A stretch of 60,292 nt of DNA, filler included, from Asterionella formosa (Eukaryota), in NCBI GenBank assembly GCA_002256025.1. It is 7 parts of 7 records of this genome, joined end to end, with 100 filler letters (N's around TTAATTAATTAA, not from the genome) between each part and the next. Parts side by side here need not be neighbours in the genome. Positions count along the whole stretch, not along the records: positions 43,161 to 51,683 come from NKIB01012101.1; positions 51,784 to 60,292 come from NKIB01012103.1; 5 more parts are not named here. One strand, written 5' to 3'. Below are positions 47,691-58,832 of this stretch, one piece after another (the first letter of the stretch is position 1; every line of letters starts with the position of its first letter). A program made the position numbers and the translations under genes. The notes below the pieces were generated by a model. It was not told the DNA's origin and made no database searches. It worked only from the letters and a program-made list of their open reading frames with translations.

Positions 47691-48129
47691 CAAAATTTTC
47701 ACTATCCTCTAAATAGTGAGAGGCGAGCGCGCGATTGCTGGGTACATATTTTTCACTTGAAAGAGAGTCAGATCCAGAATCAATGTCATTGAACTCAATA
47801 TCGTCAATACAAATTTCAAAAGCAAGTGAAAATTGTTGTCAGCAAATACTAGCATGTTTGAGTTCAACTGTATGAATGAATGGCGGGGGGTTTTGCAATG
47901 CGTAGGTATGGAATGATGTGGGATGGAATGGAAGCAAACTGTTAAAATTTGATTATGGAAACAATACTGACAATAAACTGTTGACATACTACCTTTTCTC
48001 ATCACCAGACAATAAACTGGTTCAACCAGTGGAAAGCGATCATAGGAAGACGAGGAGTTGCAGGATGGAGTGCTTTCTTCTAAGGTCTAAAGCAAAATAA
48101 ATCATTACTATAATTAGTATGATCAACCA

Positions 48130-49035
48130 TGGCGGGAACAATTCAAATATGACAGCGGCTATCAACAATCACACACATGTCCGATCTTGCTTGTAAGAGA
48201 AGACGAGTTGATATAGACCGCTGGTTCTCATCATGTTCCATCTACTTTGCTGAGTTTGAGATAGCACATTGGGATAGAAGACTTTTCGTTGTCAATTTAG
48301 ATGATAATATAAAAAAGTAACAAAAGTAATATTGTGATGAGAAGCAATGAAACACTCCTATTGTAGAGCAGCGGGTAAAAGTAAACATATGAGCACTAAA
48401 ACTTGGTGCCGAGATCTGATTTGAGAAAGTGTTGGACACGTAGAAAACATACCACAGAATTATAGTTAACATTTAATGGCTGATCTTATCTGTCGAAAAT
48501 ACCGATTCAGTGACGAGATGGAAGCCTAACTTTGACCTACTATTTCATTTTAAGTTTTGATACAAAACAACCGTTTGAGGTTGCTTGCTATTGAAGAATC
48601 AATATATGATTGAATATACTATGTATAAATCAAGAGAAGGAGTTGACCGGAAAGGCTTTCGAAATTCAACAGAAAGGGGAACCGAAATATTGGCGCCAAT
48701 GTGACGAAGCTAGAATGATGTGACGACATGAATCCTACAAGAAGTCTCATCATCCAACAACCATCCAGATCCAGCCATTTGATGAAGAGTTGGTGTTTTA
48801 GACATCAATGAACAGAGCCTGGAGGATAGCAGGGATGTAAATAGTGGAATTGCCATCAACACTTTGCAGAAAATCATCATTTTGTGCCTTCACGTAGCTC
48901 ACCATCCTACTCCCTTCCATTTTCGGCAGGGTTATCGATTTCGGCAATAAAATCTAGGTGCTATTGAAAATATTGAAGGTAGTTTGGCAGTCCAAAAACG
49001 GAGCATATTAAATATTCAAAATATATGATGGGCAA
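48130..49035. repeat. Diverged repeat; inverted relative at ~51800-52870
   Basis: Patchy collinear matches, e.g. GATGTGACGACATGAAT..AGAAG..ATCCAACAA, CGATTTCGGCAAT and ATGATGGGCAAT. Confidence 0.5.
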
Positions 49036-50152
49036 TTACAGAATTGAGTAATCCCAAAAACTGTACATATAAAATATACAATATATTTTTTATATGAAGG
49101 GCAATTGGCTAGTTTGCATCCAACATACAAACTATCTAAAAAAGGTTTGCAATGTTAACAGAAAGAAGGGCAATGTAGTTGCGAATTGCGCACCGATAGC
49201 TAGTTTGTGAATGGCCTAGTTAAGACATTACTCACGAGGAGTCTGTCTACTTGTAATCTTGTGTACTCGAATTGGGAGACCCTCACAGTTGGTAGACCTT
49301 CTCGCAACGCTGGGGGCACTGCTTGTTTGGTCAACCTACTTGCGCCTCCAAAGCCTCAAACACAAGAATACTTGCAGGCAGTCTCCACCCTTGTTCATGT
49401 CTTACCTTCAGTAGGCTACAACAACATCGCTCCTTGACAGAATCTCCGCCATGCTATTCGCCGTCATTGTCTGTGTATCAATCCAACACCCAGCCAGAAT
49501 TAGCAACAGTGAGCAAAAATTGAAGGCTTGTTCAAATTGCGCACTGCTAAAGGGAGAATTATGGATGATTTATACGTTGCAGAAAGGGGGAGTGAACATA
49601 CTTTAAAAATTGTGTGACAAATGGTGTCAACAGTTGGATTTGAGAAGAAACAAGCACTCAATGGTACTAGGGACGGAGTCCAGAATGATGGAGCTTTTAA
49701 GCTTTGCTTAGCTCACTCCCCTCTGGCAACGCTGCCAAGGTCATCGCCCTAAAGTCTGCATGAACAAGCAAGACCAAATCCACTGGATATGTTCAGTCTG
49801 GGTTCAACATTTAATTGTGAAACTACAGTAAGAGGGTCTGGGTACAACCCATGAGGACTTAACAAAGGTGCTCATGAAATGGTGTCTTGCATTCTAGGCT
49901 AAGTCTTGGATTTCTTAACCGATTTCGAGTGCTCACACGGCCTAGAACAGCGTTATTTTGTTATCATACTTGGCCAGGGGGCAGCTACCAGTTACAAAGG
50001 CGCAAACTGGTGAAAGGGATGCCTTGAGCATACATATTGGTAAGAAAGGTCCGGTGGAAAGACTATTAGTGCGATGTATAGAAAACAATCACCTCACACT
50101 AAAATTTATATAAATTGAAGTTTGATCTTGCTTAGGCATGAAAATGAAACAG

Positions 50153-50881
50153 CTAGATGGATGCAAGACTTCCAAATGCACCCTGAGCAGCAACGTGCGT
50201 CTCTTGTGTCCAGCAACATGGAGGCTGCTGTGTCAAATACCAGTAAGTATTAGCGATTCCCTCTGGGTCCAAGATTTCATTATCTGGCTTATTTCCAACA
50301 TGATCTCTAAAAGTACGAGTCTTGACGACTCCATCAATAATAACATGAAAAACATGAATCCCCTTCGACGGACCAAGATCTCTTGCCAAGGCCTGAGCAA
50401 GTCCACGAGTTGCCATCTTGCTCGATGCAAATGCAGGTGTAATCTGCATTCCTCTCCAAGATGCACTAGCTCCAGTGATGCCAATAGATCCACCCCACTC
50501 CATAGACGGTAGAACAGCCTTGGTCCATGAAAACAATCCAGCAGTGCCGACTCTCCAGCACATTTCAAACTCCTCCAAGGACGTATCTTCAAACTTCTTG
50601 AAGATACCTGCAGCAGCGTTGTACATTAAAGCATCAATTTTCCCTCCCATGTCTCTCTTGATGGCGTCAACAGTGATAACCACTTCTTCTGGATTTCCTG
50701 CATCGCAAATGTATGATTTCGAGTTGGGAATTTGCTCCTCAAGGGACGTGAGATCGGAACGAGCAACCATTGCGACGTTGTAGCCTTCCGCAGAAAATTT
50801 CTTGGCAATGTGATCTCCAATTCCGCCTCTGCCGAGACCGACAATGATGCAACACTTCTTATCAGTAGCAAATGATGGCAT
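50153..50881 (-). CDS. Short-chain dehydrogenase/reductase with atypical FxxxK active-site motif
   Basis: VGLGRGGIG, MYNAA, TGASAS, AFASSK and LARDLGP.GIHVFHVIIDG. Confidence 0.92.
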   Translation of the reverse strand: MPSFATDKKCCIIVGLGRGGIGDHIAKKFSAEGYNVAMVARSDLTSLEEQIPNSKSYICDAGNPEEVVITVDAIKRDMGGKIDALMYNAAAGIFKKFEDTSLEEFEMCWRVGTAGLFSWTKAVLPSMEWGGSIGITGASASWRGMQITPAFASSKMATRGLAQALARDLGPSKGIHVFHVIIDGVVKTRTFRDHVGNKPDNEILDPEGIANTYWYLTQQPPCCWTQETHVAAQGAFGSLASI

Positions 50882-51623
50882 GGTTCGATTTAAAAGGGAA
50901 AGGGACGAAATGAGTGAGATAAAGGAACAAGATGATCTCAGCCAGTGACAGTATTTGTTTGCACATATCTAACTTGACGATGGCCAGTTCGCTTGTTCAG
51001 TATCAGCAAAAGATTTGACATGGATTGTCCTTCGCAGTGTTCGCAAAGATGAAACGTTTCGAAGAACATCATCGAACATCCTGTTGTTCATACATACATA
51101 CTAGCTGCAAAGTTCAAAACATACTCGCTGCAAAGTTCAAACACATCAATCATATTATACCACCATGACCCCCTGCTACCACCCGCTGTTAGAAGCAAAA
51201 CGGCTAACACGTGAACAGTGCTCCTGGTTACCAGGGGTATCAGGTTCCCTGTAGGTAGTACCGGTGTAGGACCTGCCAGGTAACTTCAATCCAAGTGAAT
51301 GATACGCGTATCTTATGTCTTGATGGACATGATCCACATCTTCAGTACATGCAGGATATGTTTATATCCTACTACAGCAACGGTAATACCGGTAGTTTAG
51401 AAATACAAACCGGTACTGGTAACACCCGTACGTATACATCTCATGTGAACGCAAATATGTGTCAAACAGAGGGTCGGCATGCCATCAGTAGTGATCATGA
51501 ATACGTACCGGTATACCATATTTGTGGACATGCCGGTATGAACCAGGTGCCTGGTTCCGGTATGTATCCGAAACCCATCTCCACTGGACATCACATCCAA
51601 TCTTCCCCACCTCCACCGTTACA

Positions 51624-51683
51624 ATGAAATCAATTGTCCTCGTCCTCCTGGCTGCCTTGACGCATGATCATGTCTCGGCCTTT
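51624..51683 (+). CDS. Start of a signal-peptide (probably plastid-targeted) protein, cut by the gap
   Basis: ACA-ATG followed by MKSIVLVLLAALTHDHVSA-F, an ASAF-type cleavage motif. Confidence 0.6.
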
Positions 51684-52943
51684 NNNNNNNNNNNNNNNNN
51701 NNNNNNNNNNNNNNNNNNNNNNNNNNNTTAATTAATTAANNNNNNNNNNNNNNNNNNNNNNNNNNNNNNNNNNNNNNNNNNNNATATTTCCTATCTTCAC
51801 CTCGAAAATTGCCAAAGGTCCGATATTGCCCATCATTAAAATATATTTTGTTTATTTCATATGTTCGCATTTTGGCAAGACAACAGACACCAATTGCCCC
51901 TCGGTTTTCCAGCCCTGGGATTGCCGAAATCGGCAAGGGGTCTACTTAAGGAAACCATTTTATATACTATTCAGATTCTAATAATTTATATCTAGAATTC
52001 ACCTCGTTTTTGTTCGTCTCCTGAAAAGTGGACTCCGGCAATTCACCTTTCACCATGCCAATCGTCGTCCATCATGACCGGTTTGAAGCGAAATCAGTTC
52101 CGCGATGACGCCAGTAGCGATTCTTTGCCTAACGGATGCGGTTGATTGTTGGATTGCTTGTCTTCTCGAGGTATTCATGTAGTCGCATCGTCCATATTTC
52201 GTCGGACGCACGATGATATCGATACATCTGATGTTGGTGGCAAGTTTTTGCTCCGGTCATGTATGTAATGATGCTTAACGGATATTCTACCGGTACCGGC
52301 TGTCATCTAGTCTACATACGTACGTGGTACTAAAAGCAACCATGCATGCTTTAACGCTTACTTTGAACACGTTATAATATTATCTCTGTAGACTCGGTAT
52401 TATTTTTACGAGACCAGAATGTTAAATTATATCGCTCACATATTGATTGATTTTACGTACAGTATGGCCGATTTCGTCCTCACAAGTATAGTTCTCACTC
52501 TATCTTGCCTCCTGCCTTTGCTCTATTCGGGCTTGCAATAGGCAATCTTTGACTTTCTTTGATCCCATCGTCTGCTGCTTGTTATGCTAGTTGAAGCGGA
52601 TCGGTGAGTACAACAGTGAAACACTGAATGTGGATTGTAGATCGTATTTATCGGGCCGACTTTCCGATTTGATTGCTTCCGTGGTTTGTTTTGATCGCTT
52701 CCATCGTTGTTTGTCGTTACACACTGTCGTTTTGTTTCAATTATATTTATCTACATAAGAACCAATGCATTTATCAATGACTACTCATTGAAGATGTGGT
52801 ATTGTGCCGTTGTTGATCGTATTTGTTGATTTGTATAGTCGTTGACCATGATGTCAATATTGTCGCCGCCAAGCAATGCTTTTCTTGTACTAACGCGCTT
52901 TGCTACATTTCTACTACGAGTTCTTATCAGAAGCTACGTATAT

Positions 52944-53452
52944 TCAGCTAGAGGGCGGCGATAGTCCTGGAGCAGCCTGGCGATTATACTCAATCAGAAT
53001 GGATTGCAATGGAATGATTATCAGGGTTGTTTGGTGGGAGGAACAAGGACTGTGGGCGGAAGGACTTCAACTTGTGTCAGGCTCCTACAGCGATGTGCAT
53101 GGTTGCAGCAAGCAGATCATCTACACTACATAGCGATGCAGGTCAAAATTGGGTTCAGCTTTTTCCCTTCTTATTTCGGTCTTTGATTGTGTGGTGATGG
53201 AAATTCAATTGCCTGTGTAAGAACTACAATGTCTCAATGCATACATCTCCATTGAAACTCTTATTTTTTACTTCGTTTCTAACCCAAAACAATTTTTTCT
53301 ATTTCTCATTTGACGCTAGTTATTACATCGCATTTCATACTTTGGTTGCTCCAAACATCATGTTCAATTTTCATTGATGTTGCATGTTACAATCATTCTC
53401 ATGTGTTTTATGCTTGTTGTACCATCTCTGTGCATGTTACCGTTATTTTGGT
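52944..53452. repeat. Dispersed repeat; inverted copy of 18776-19274
   Basis: Reverse-complement match over about 500 bp. Confidence 0.92.
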
Positions 53453-53664
53453 CTTTTCATTCGAAATCTCTCGGTTTGATACTACCAGGTATACAATTTC
53501 TTGCCGTGTATTGGAAGCAATGTTCATATTGCCCCTGGATATTTAATGCCCCATGAGAGCTCCACCATAGAAATGGACAAGGCAATGTTTGGCCAGGGTG
53601 GAGCACTGATCTGCAGAGTGTCCCTTTCGAGTGCCACATGGATCACATTGAAGCTCTTCACGTT

Positions 53665-53747
53665 GGCGGAATGTTGTGAAAGAGGGAGAACAACAATGGT
53701 GAACGACCACCAAGAGGCGGAATGTTGTGAAAGAGGGAGAACAACAA
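53665..53747. repeat. Short direct repeat, period 51 bp
   Basis: GGCGGAATGTTGTGAAAGAGGGAGAACAACAA, two copies. Confidence 0.9.
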
Positions 53748-54291
53748 CGTTGAAAAACGAAGTGGACGAAGGAGGAGGAGGATAGTAGTTTGAGTCGATT
53801 AACAAACCTGACAACCTCAATAGGCATTTATAAGGGGGAATTTTAAAAGAGTGACATTAAAATATTTTATAGACTATAGAGATTGATACTAGTAGATTTG
53901 GATAACATCATGAGATAGTAAGTGTCCAACAGACTAGTAATAAGGAGGTGATATCACAAGCAAGTGACAGACACAGTGACAGCATCAAGTTCATCTTCCA
54001 TCTATGATGCTGTTTACAGCACGTTACGAATTTATGTCTAAAGTGACAATATTTATGTCACTTTTTAAGTATTTTATTCGGGTCAAACCAAATTACATTA
54101 CTGAATAATTAAAAATGTCAATGAAATTTTATAGTACATTAAAGCTCTCCAATAATTGCACTCGGGCCCACCAAATAGATGGACACTATTAGTACCGGTT
54201 TTATTCGTCTGTACGGTACAATGGGACCTGTCTTTTTGTCAGCCGCACCCCCTGGAACCCTAGGGACAACATCTAAGCCGCGAAATACGCC

Positions 54292-54667
54292 ACTTTTCGA
54301 AATTTCGTCTACGTATGAGTGTTAATTATGTGGTACTTCACATGCATTAATGCCACTCTTCCCTTAAAAAAGGTTACTTTTAACGGTTTCATGTGAAGTT
54401 TTAACGGTTTCATGTGAAGTTCTCACAATGAATTTTGAACGCGAGACTGAATTAGTTGATGTTTCAAATAATTCATTTGACTTTTCGAAATTTCGTCTAC
54501 GTACGAGTGTTAATTATGTGGTACTTCACATGCATTGATGCCACTCTTCACGTAAAAAGATTACTTTTAACGGTTTCATGTAAAGTTTTAACTATTTCAT
54601 GTGAAGTTTTCACAATGAATTTTGAATGCAAGACTGAATGAGTTGATGTTTCAAATAATTCATTTGA
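54292..54667. repeat. About 188-bp tandem duplication with internal 21-bp subrepeats, upstream of the Plavaka transposase
   Basis: ACTTTTCGAAATTTCGTCTACGTA...TCAAATAATTCATTTGA occurs twice. Subrepeat TTTTAACGGTTTCATGTGAAG. Confidence 0.95.
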
Positions 54668-55087
54668 AAGTTCAACTAAGATCCTGCTCTTGAGGCTAAT
54701 ACATTCACAATACGCATTTTACTTAATAAAATAGTAAGGATATTTGTGGTGTCTAATGTCATCCTCCATCTGAGATCAAAGTTTTACTGTTGTACACATC
54801 ACATGAAAAACTCACACTTTCCGGTAAAAAAGCTCCCTCTTCCCAGTTTTCATGTTATGTAGGTTATTACCGGTACTAGGTAACTGTACTAGCTACTAGC
54901 CAGTGGTAGACAACCCAATTCTTTACGTGATTATTATTACTCAAAATCAACACTGGTGGAATTATGTCTACTGACGAGGATTGTAGTATTGTTTGCCAAA
55001 TATGTGCCAAACAAGGTCCATTATTTTAGCTACCGGTTATTCTTGTTTTTCTCTCGCCAACACAGCACTGCAACGACAGCAAATATC

Positions 55088-57936
55088 ATGGATCTGTGTG
55101 TCAATAACGACGAGGACAAATGTCACTTCTATGGTAAAGGTCCTTTTAAATCAATTCGTGGTCATCACAGACACAGCCCCTTGTGTGGGCAACAATATAT
55201 GATTCAATCTCAGATTCAAGCATCACAGACATCATCAATGGTAGCGACTTTGCCAAGAGATGGACGACACCACTCTCATGACCCCCTTGCAAAATTCCTG
55301 AAACAATCGCCACCAGCCATTGATTTCGTTCAAACAGTTTGTTTTGATGCCGATGACTATGATAATGGTTTATTCCTTGATAGTTTAGTAGATCATGATG
55401 CTGCTGCTGTTAATAATCCAATCATTCAAAACGGAGAAATAAACGACATTGTAAACCCTACCAACTTCCGATTTTGCCAAGAAGATCAAGGTACAGCCTA
55501 CACACAAAAGGATGTTGTAAAAACGGAGCTACTTAGCATTTTACTTGGTAGTAGGTCACCATTATATCTTTATGATGCAATTCTTAAATGGCATGTCTCT
55601 TCTCAAATGGCAGGAATGACGATTTTAGAAGCTATTCCTCAACGTCGAAACAAATATCTGAAAGATCTGTTTACCCGGTTTGAGATGGAAGACCAAAAGC
55701 CATGTGTTAAGGCAGTCACCCTCCACTGTGGTAGAAGTGTCGACGTTGTTTGTTTTGATTTTCTTGTTGCAATCAAGAGCTTACTTTCCAATCCCAGATT
55801 AATGCATCCCAATAATGTTTCATTTGATTTTTCTGAACCCTGCAAGGCTCCACAACCGTCTGATGTCCGTTCAGAATTACACACCGGGAGTTGGTGGATT
55901 GATGCTCACAACTGCCTGTGCATTCAACCCAATGATTTTCTCGTCTCTCTCATGTTTTTCACTGATAGAACACATACTGTAGAAAATTCTAAAGTCACCA
56001 TGGAGCCAGTTTTGTTTTCTCTTGGGATTTTCCGTACAACTGTAAGGAACAAAGTCATTGCTTGGTGCCCCCTTGGTCTAATACCAAAACTTGATGGTCA
56101 GAGTCCTGCAATGAACAAAAATATGACTGCCAACGATAAGTGCAAGGATTATCATACAATTTTGGCAATTATATTGTCGGGAGTTCAAGAGACTCAGAAA
56201 TCTGGTGGCTTCAAGTATAATTTCAATTTCAATGGCAAAAAGCATAGCCTGGTTGTAAAGGTACTGGTCAGGTTGGTGCTTGGCGATGCGGAAGGATTGG
56301 ACAATCAGTGTGGGAGGATTAAATATTACCTGATAACTTTTCGTCTTGTCGGGAATGTGATTGTTCATATGACAGTTTAGATAAACCATCAATCAAATGC
56401 TCTCCAGTAGGGCAAGTGGGTTATGCTGCCCTATTAGGAATGAATGACAAAACACTAATGGATGCTGTGTCACAACGTTTTATCACACCTTGCTGGTATG
56501 CGTTGGATTTTGGTGGAGATCCATTTGGGAATCAATGGCCATTGCCCTCCTGAAAAGTTGCACTCAATACATGAGGGAATGATGCGTTATCTTATTCTTC
56601 TGTTCTCGGTAAAGTTCGGCACTGTTACTTCTGCTCAGGGGTTAAAAATAGAACCGCTTTTGATACATTATTCATAAAAGTGCCAAAGATGATGCAACAT
56701 CAAAGCGATCGGGATATGCCAAGGTGCAATTTTCATGGTGGATTCCATGGATGTTGTCCAAAGATAACAGGAAATGAAACCGTTGGGGTAATGCTTGTTG
56801 CTTGTTTGGTAATGGCTACAGATGCCGGAATCAAGCTTTGCAAGGATGAGGTTGGAATGTCAATGCAGGAAATAAAAGACATCAAAATGATTTTCGAGGG
56901 CATGGTTTGTTATAATTCCTTGTTCAGCCAAGAAAGTTATGACGTACATCGATTGATGGAAATTGATTGTCGATCCTTTGTCAAGTACTACACAAAATTA
57001 GTCAAGATTTTCCCAAGAGAAACGACAGAGCAAGGCTGGAAAATGACAAAGTTTCATCAGCAGATGCATACTGTCCGAAATATCGAACGGTTTGGCAGTC
57101 CGCAAGTTTTCAATGGGGGACCAATGGAAAAGAATTTAAAATTCCTTTGCAAGTTACCAGCTAAAACATCTCAAAAACGACATCACCTAATGGACCTTCA
57201 ATCTGGACAACGAATTATCGAAAACATTGCCATAGGTGTTGCATGATGGTACTACTAATGAAACACCAACAAGCACTGGGACTGACAGTAAAAGCACATC
57301 ACAGGTGGTGCACTCTTTATCTTAAAGTTACAGGAAAATAATGGTGGATTCGCTATTGCCTCCTCTGTCACTTCCAATTCGGCGACTATAAAGACATCAG
57401 GAGTTGACATTGATTTAATTCGATTTCTAGGAAAGGAAGTGCTTCCCTTCATAACCAAAAAGTCAATTGAGGTTCTGTGTGAACACAAACGAGATGGAAA
57501 TACTTTCCATGCCCATCCCAATTATTTGGGACAGGGGTCTTGGTATGATTGGGCCGACTTCAAATGGATAGACAATGAAAGTGGTATACCTTACATAGTG
57601 TTGGGGAAAATCTTTGGTTTTGTATTGCTTGGGCCTGAATTTGATTTTACTGATCCACGATTGTGTGCATCACTCCGCAACGAAACAACTGGAATCTTTG
57701 CGATTGTGAACTCATGTAAGGATCGAAGTGAAAGTTTATTTAATAGCCGTCGTTCTAAAATGTTTGAGATAGCACACCTGATGGGTTATGAATCAGGAAA
57801 GAGAAAACAGCTCATGTTTGTTACAGTCGATTGTATTTCTGCTCCTGCTGTTGTTGTCCATAATATTGGAGGAATACCTTGGTCGGTATTACAAGTTAAA
57901 CCTCAGCATACTTGGCCATCTTTTTTCTCATTTTGA
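55088..57936 (+). mobile_element. Plavaka-type (CACTA/EnSpm-related) transposase, frameshifted
   Basis: N-terminal C/H cluster, then SELHTGSWW, LMFFTDRTH, LGDAEG, PPEKLHSIHEG, KFHQQMH..IERFGS...GPMEKNLK and HAHPNY...WYDWA, spread over ORFs 54956-56380, 56462-56677, 56680-57246 and 57439-57936. Confidence 0.85.
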
Positions 57937-58087
57937 GATTCGAGATATGCATGCACACAACACAGCAGTACTAGTTATTTCTTTTAATATATATATTAGT
58001 AGCTATATGTATGAACGTCATAACGTCAATACCCACATTAAATTTGTAGACTGTAATTTCTTCTGGATTCGTGCACCTTATTCAATC

Positions 58088-58568
58088 ATGAGTGCCTCCC
58101 GAACCCCCAACGCGTTGTCTGCTCGGAATGAAGATGAAGACCTATCTCTGCAGACAAGTGATCTCGTTTACGTATTGAAGGGTAATTATTCTGGAGAAAT
58201 TGGCCAGTTTGTATGCTACACGAAGGCCAAAGCATTGGTCAATGTGTACGACAGGGTCTCCAATAAATCAGTTCTCGACCATGCCCGGAAGCCTTGCTTC
58301 CGAAATCAAGAAAATCGTTCCTTGGGACAATACTTCTCCTTTACCTGAATACTTCGAATCCATTTTGGAGGATGAGGTCTGGATTAAGATCAAGATTGAT
58401 CAGATTGCCGCATAGTTCGTTGCTTGTGGTCTAAATCATGAATCGCCCATTCTTCTCGATTATTTTCGTGATTGTCTGTATGCCGCACAACTTGAGTGTA
58501 CAGAAGTAAGCGACCGCGCGTTAGCCGCAACTCTTGCTTCAGAAGAGCAGAATAGTATTAATAATTAG
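58088..58568 (+). pseudogene. Small ORF with a KOW-like motif, frameshifted
   Basis: LQTSDLVYVLKGNYSGEIGQFV resembles GD.V.V..G.Y.G..G. It continues in a second frame (58200-58415 and beyond one stop). Confidence 0.45.
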
Positions 58569-58832
58569 TTGTCCTACTTCAAAATTAAATACCAATTCTT
58601 TTTTTGTAGTCAAAGAATATATTATATCGGTAAGTATAAAATATAACTCAATGCATTGGTGAGTTACCGGTAATACATTTGCCCCATTTTACTGAATCCA
58701 TTTCTTCTTGATTCCCATATGGTTATATTGCATGATCACTTAGTAGTACTAGTACCATAATAGCAGTGATATCTGTCATGTTGTAAATTCTGTGACATAT
58801 CATTATGCAAAATAACTTAACGACGAGCAACA

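Noticed and set aside
49200..50090. Coding-like degenerate region (also 33294-33806 and 4600-5150)
   Set aside because: No continuous frame or family motif that I can support.
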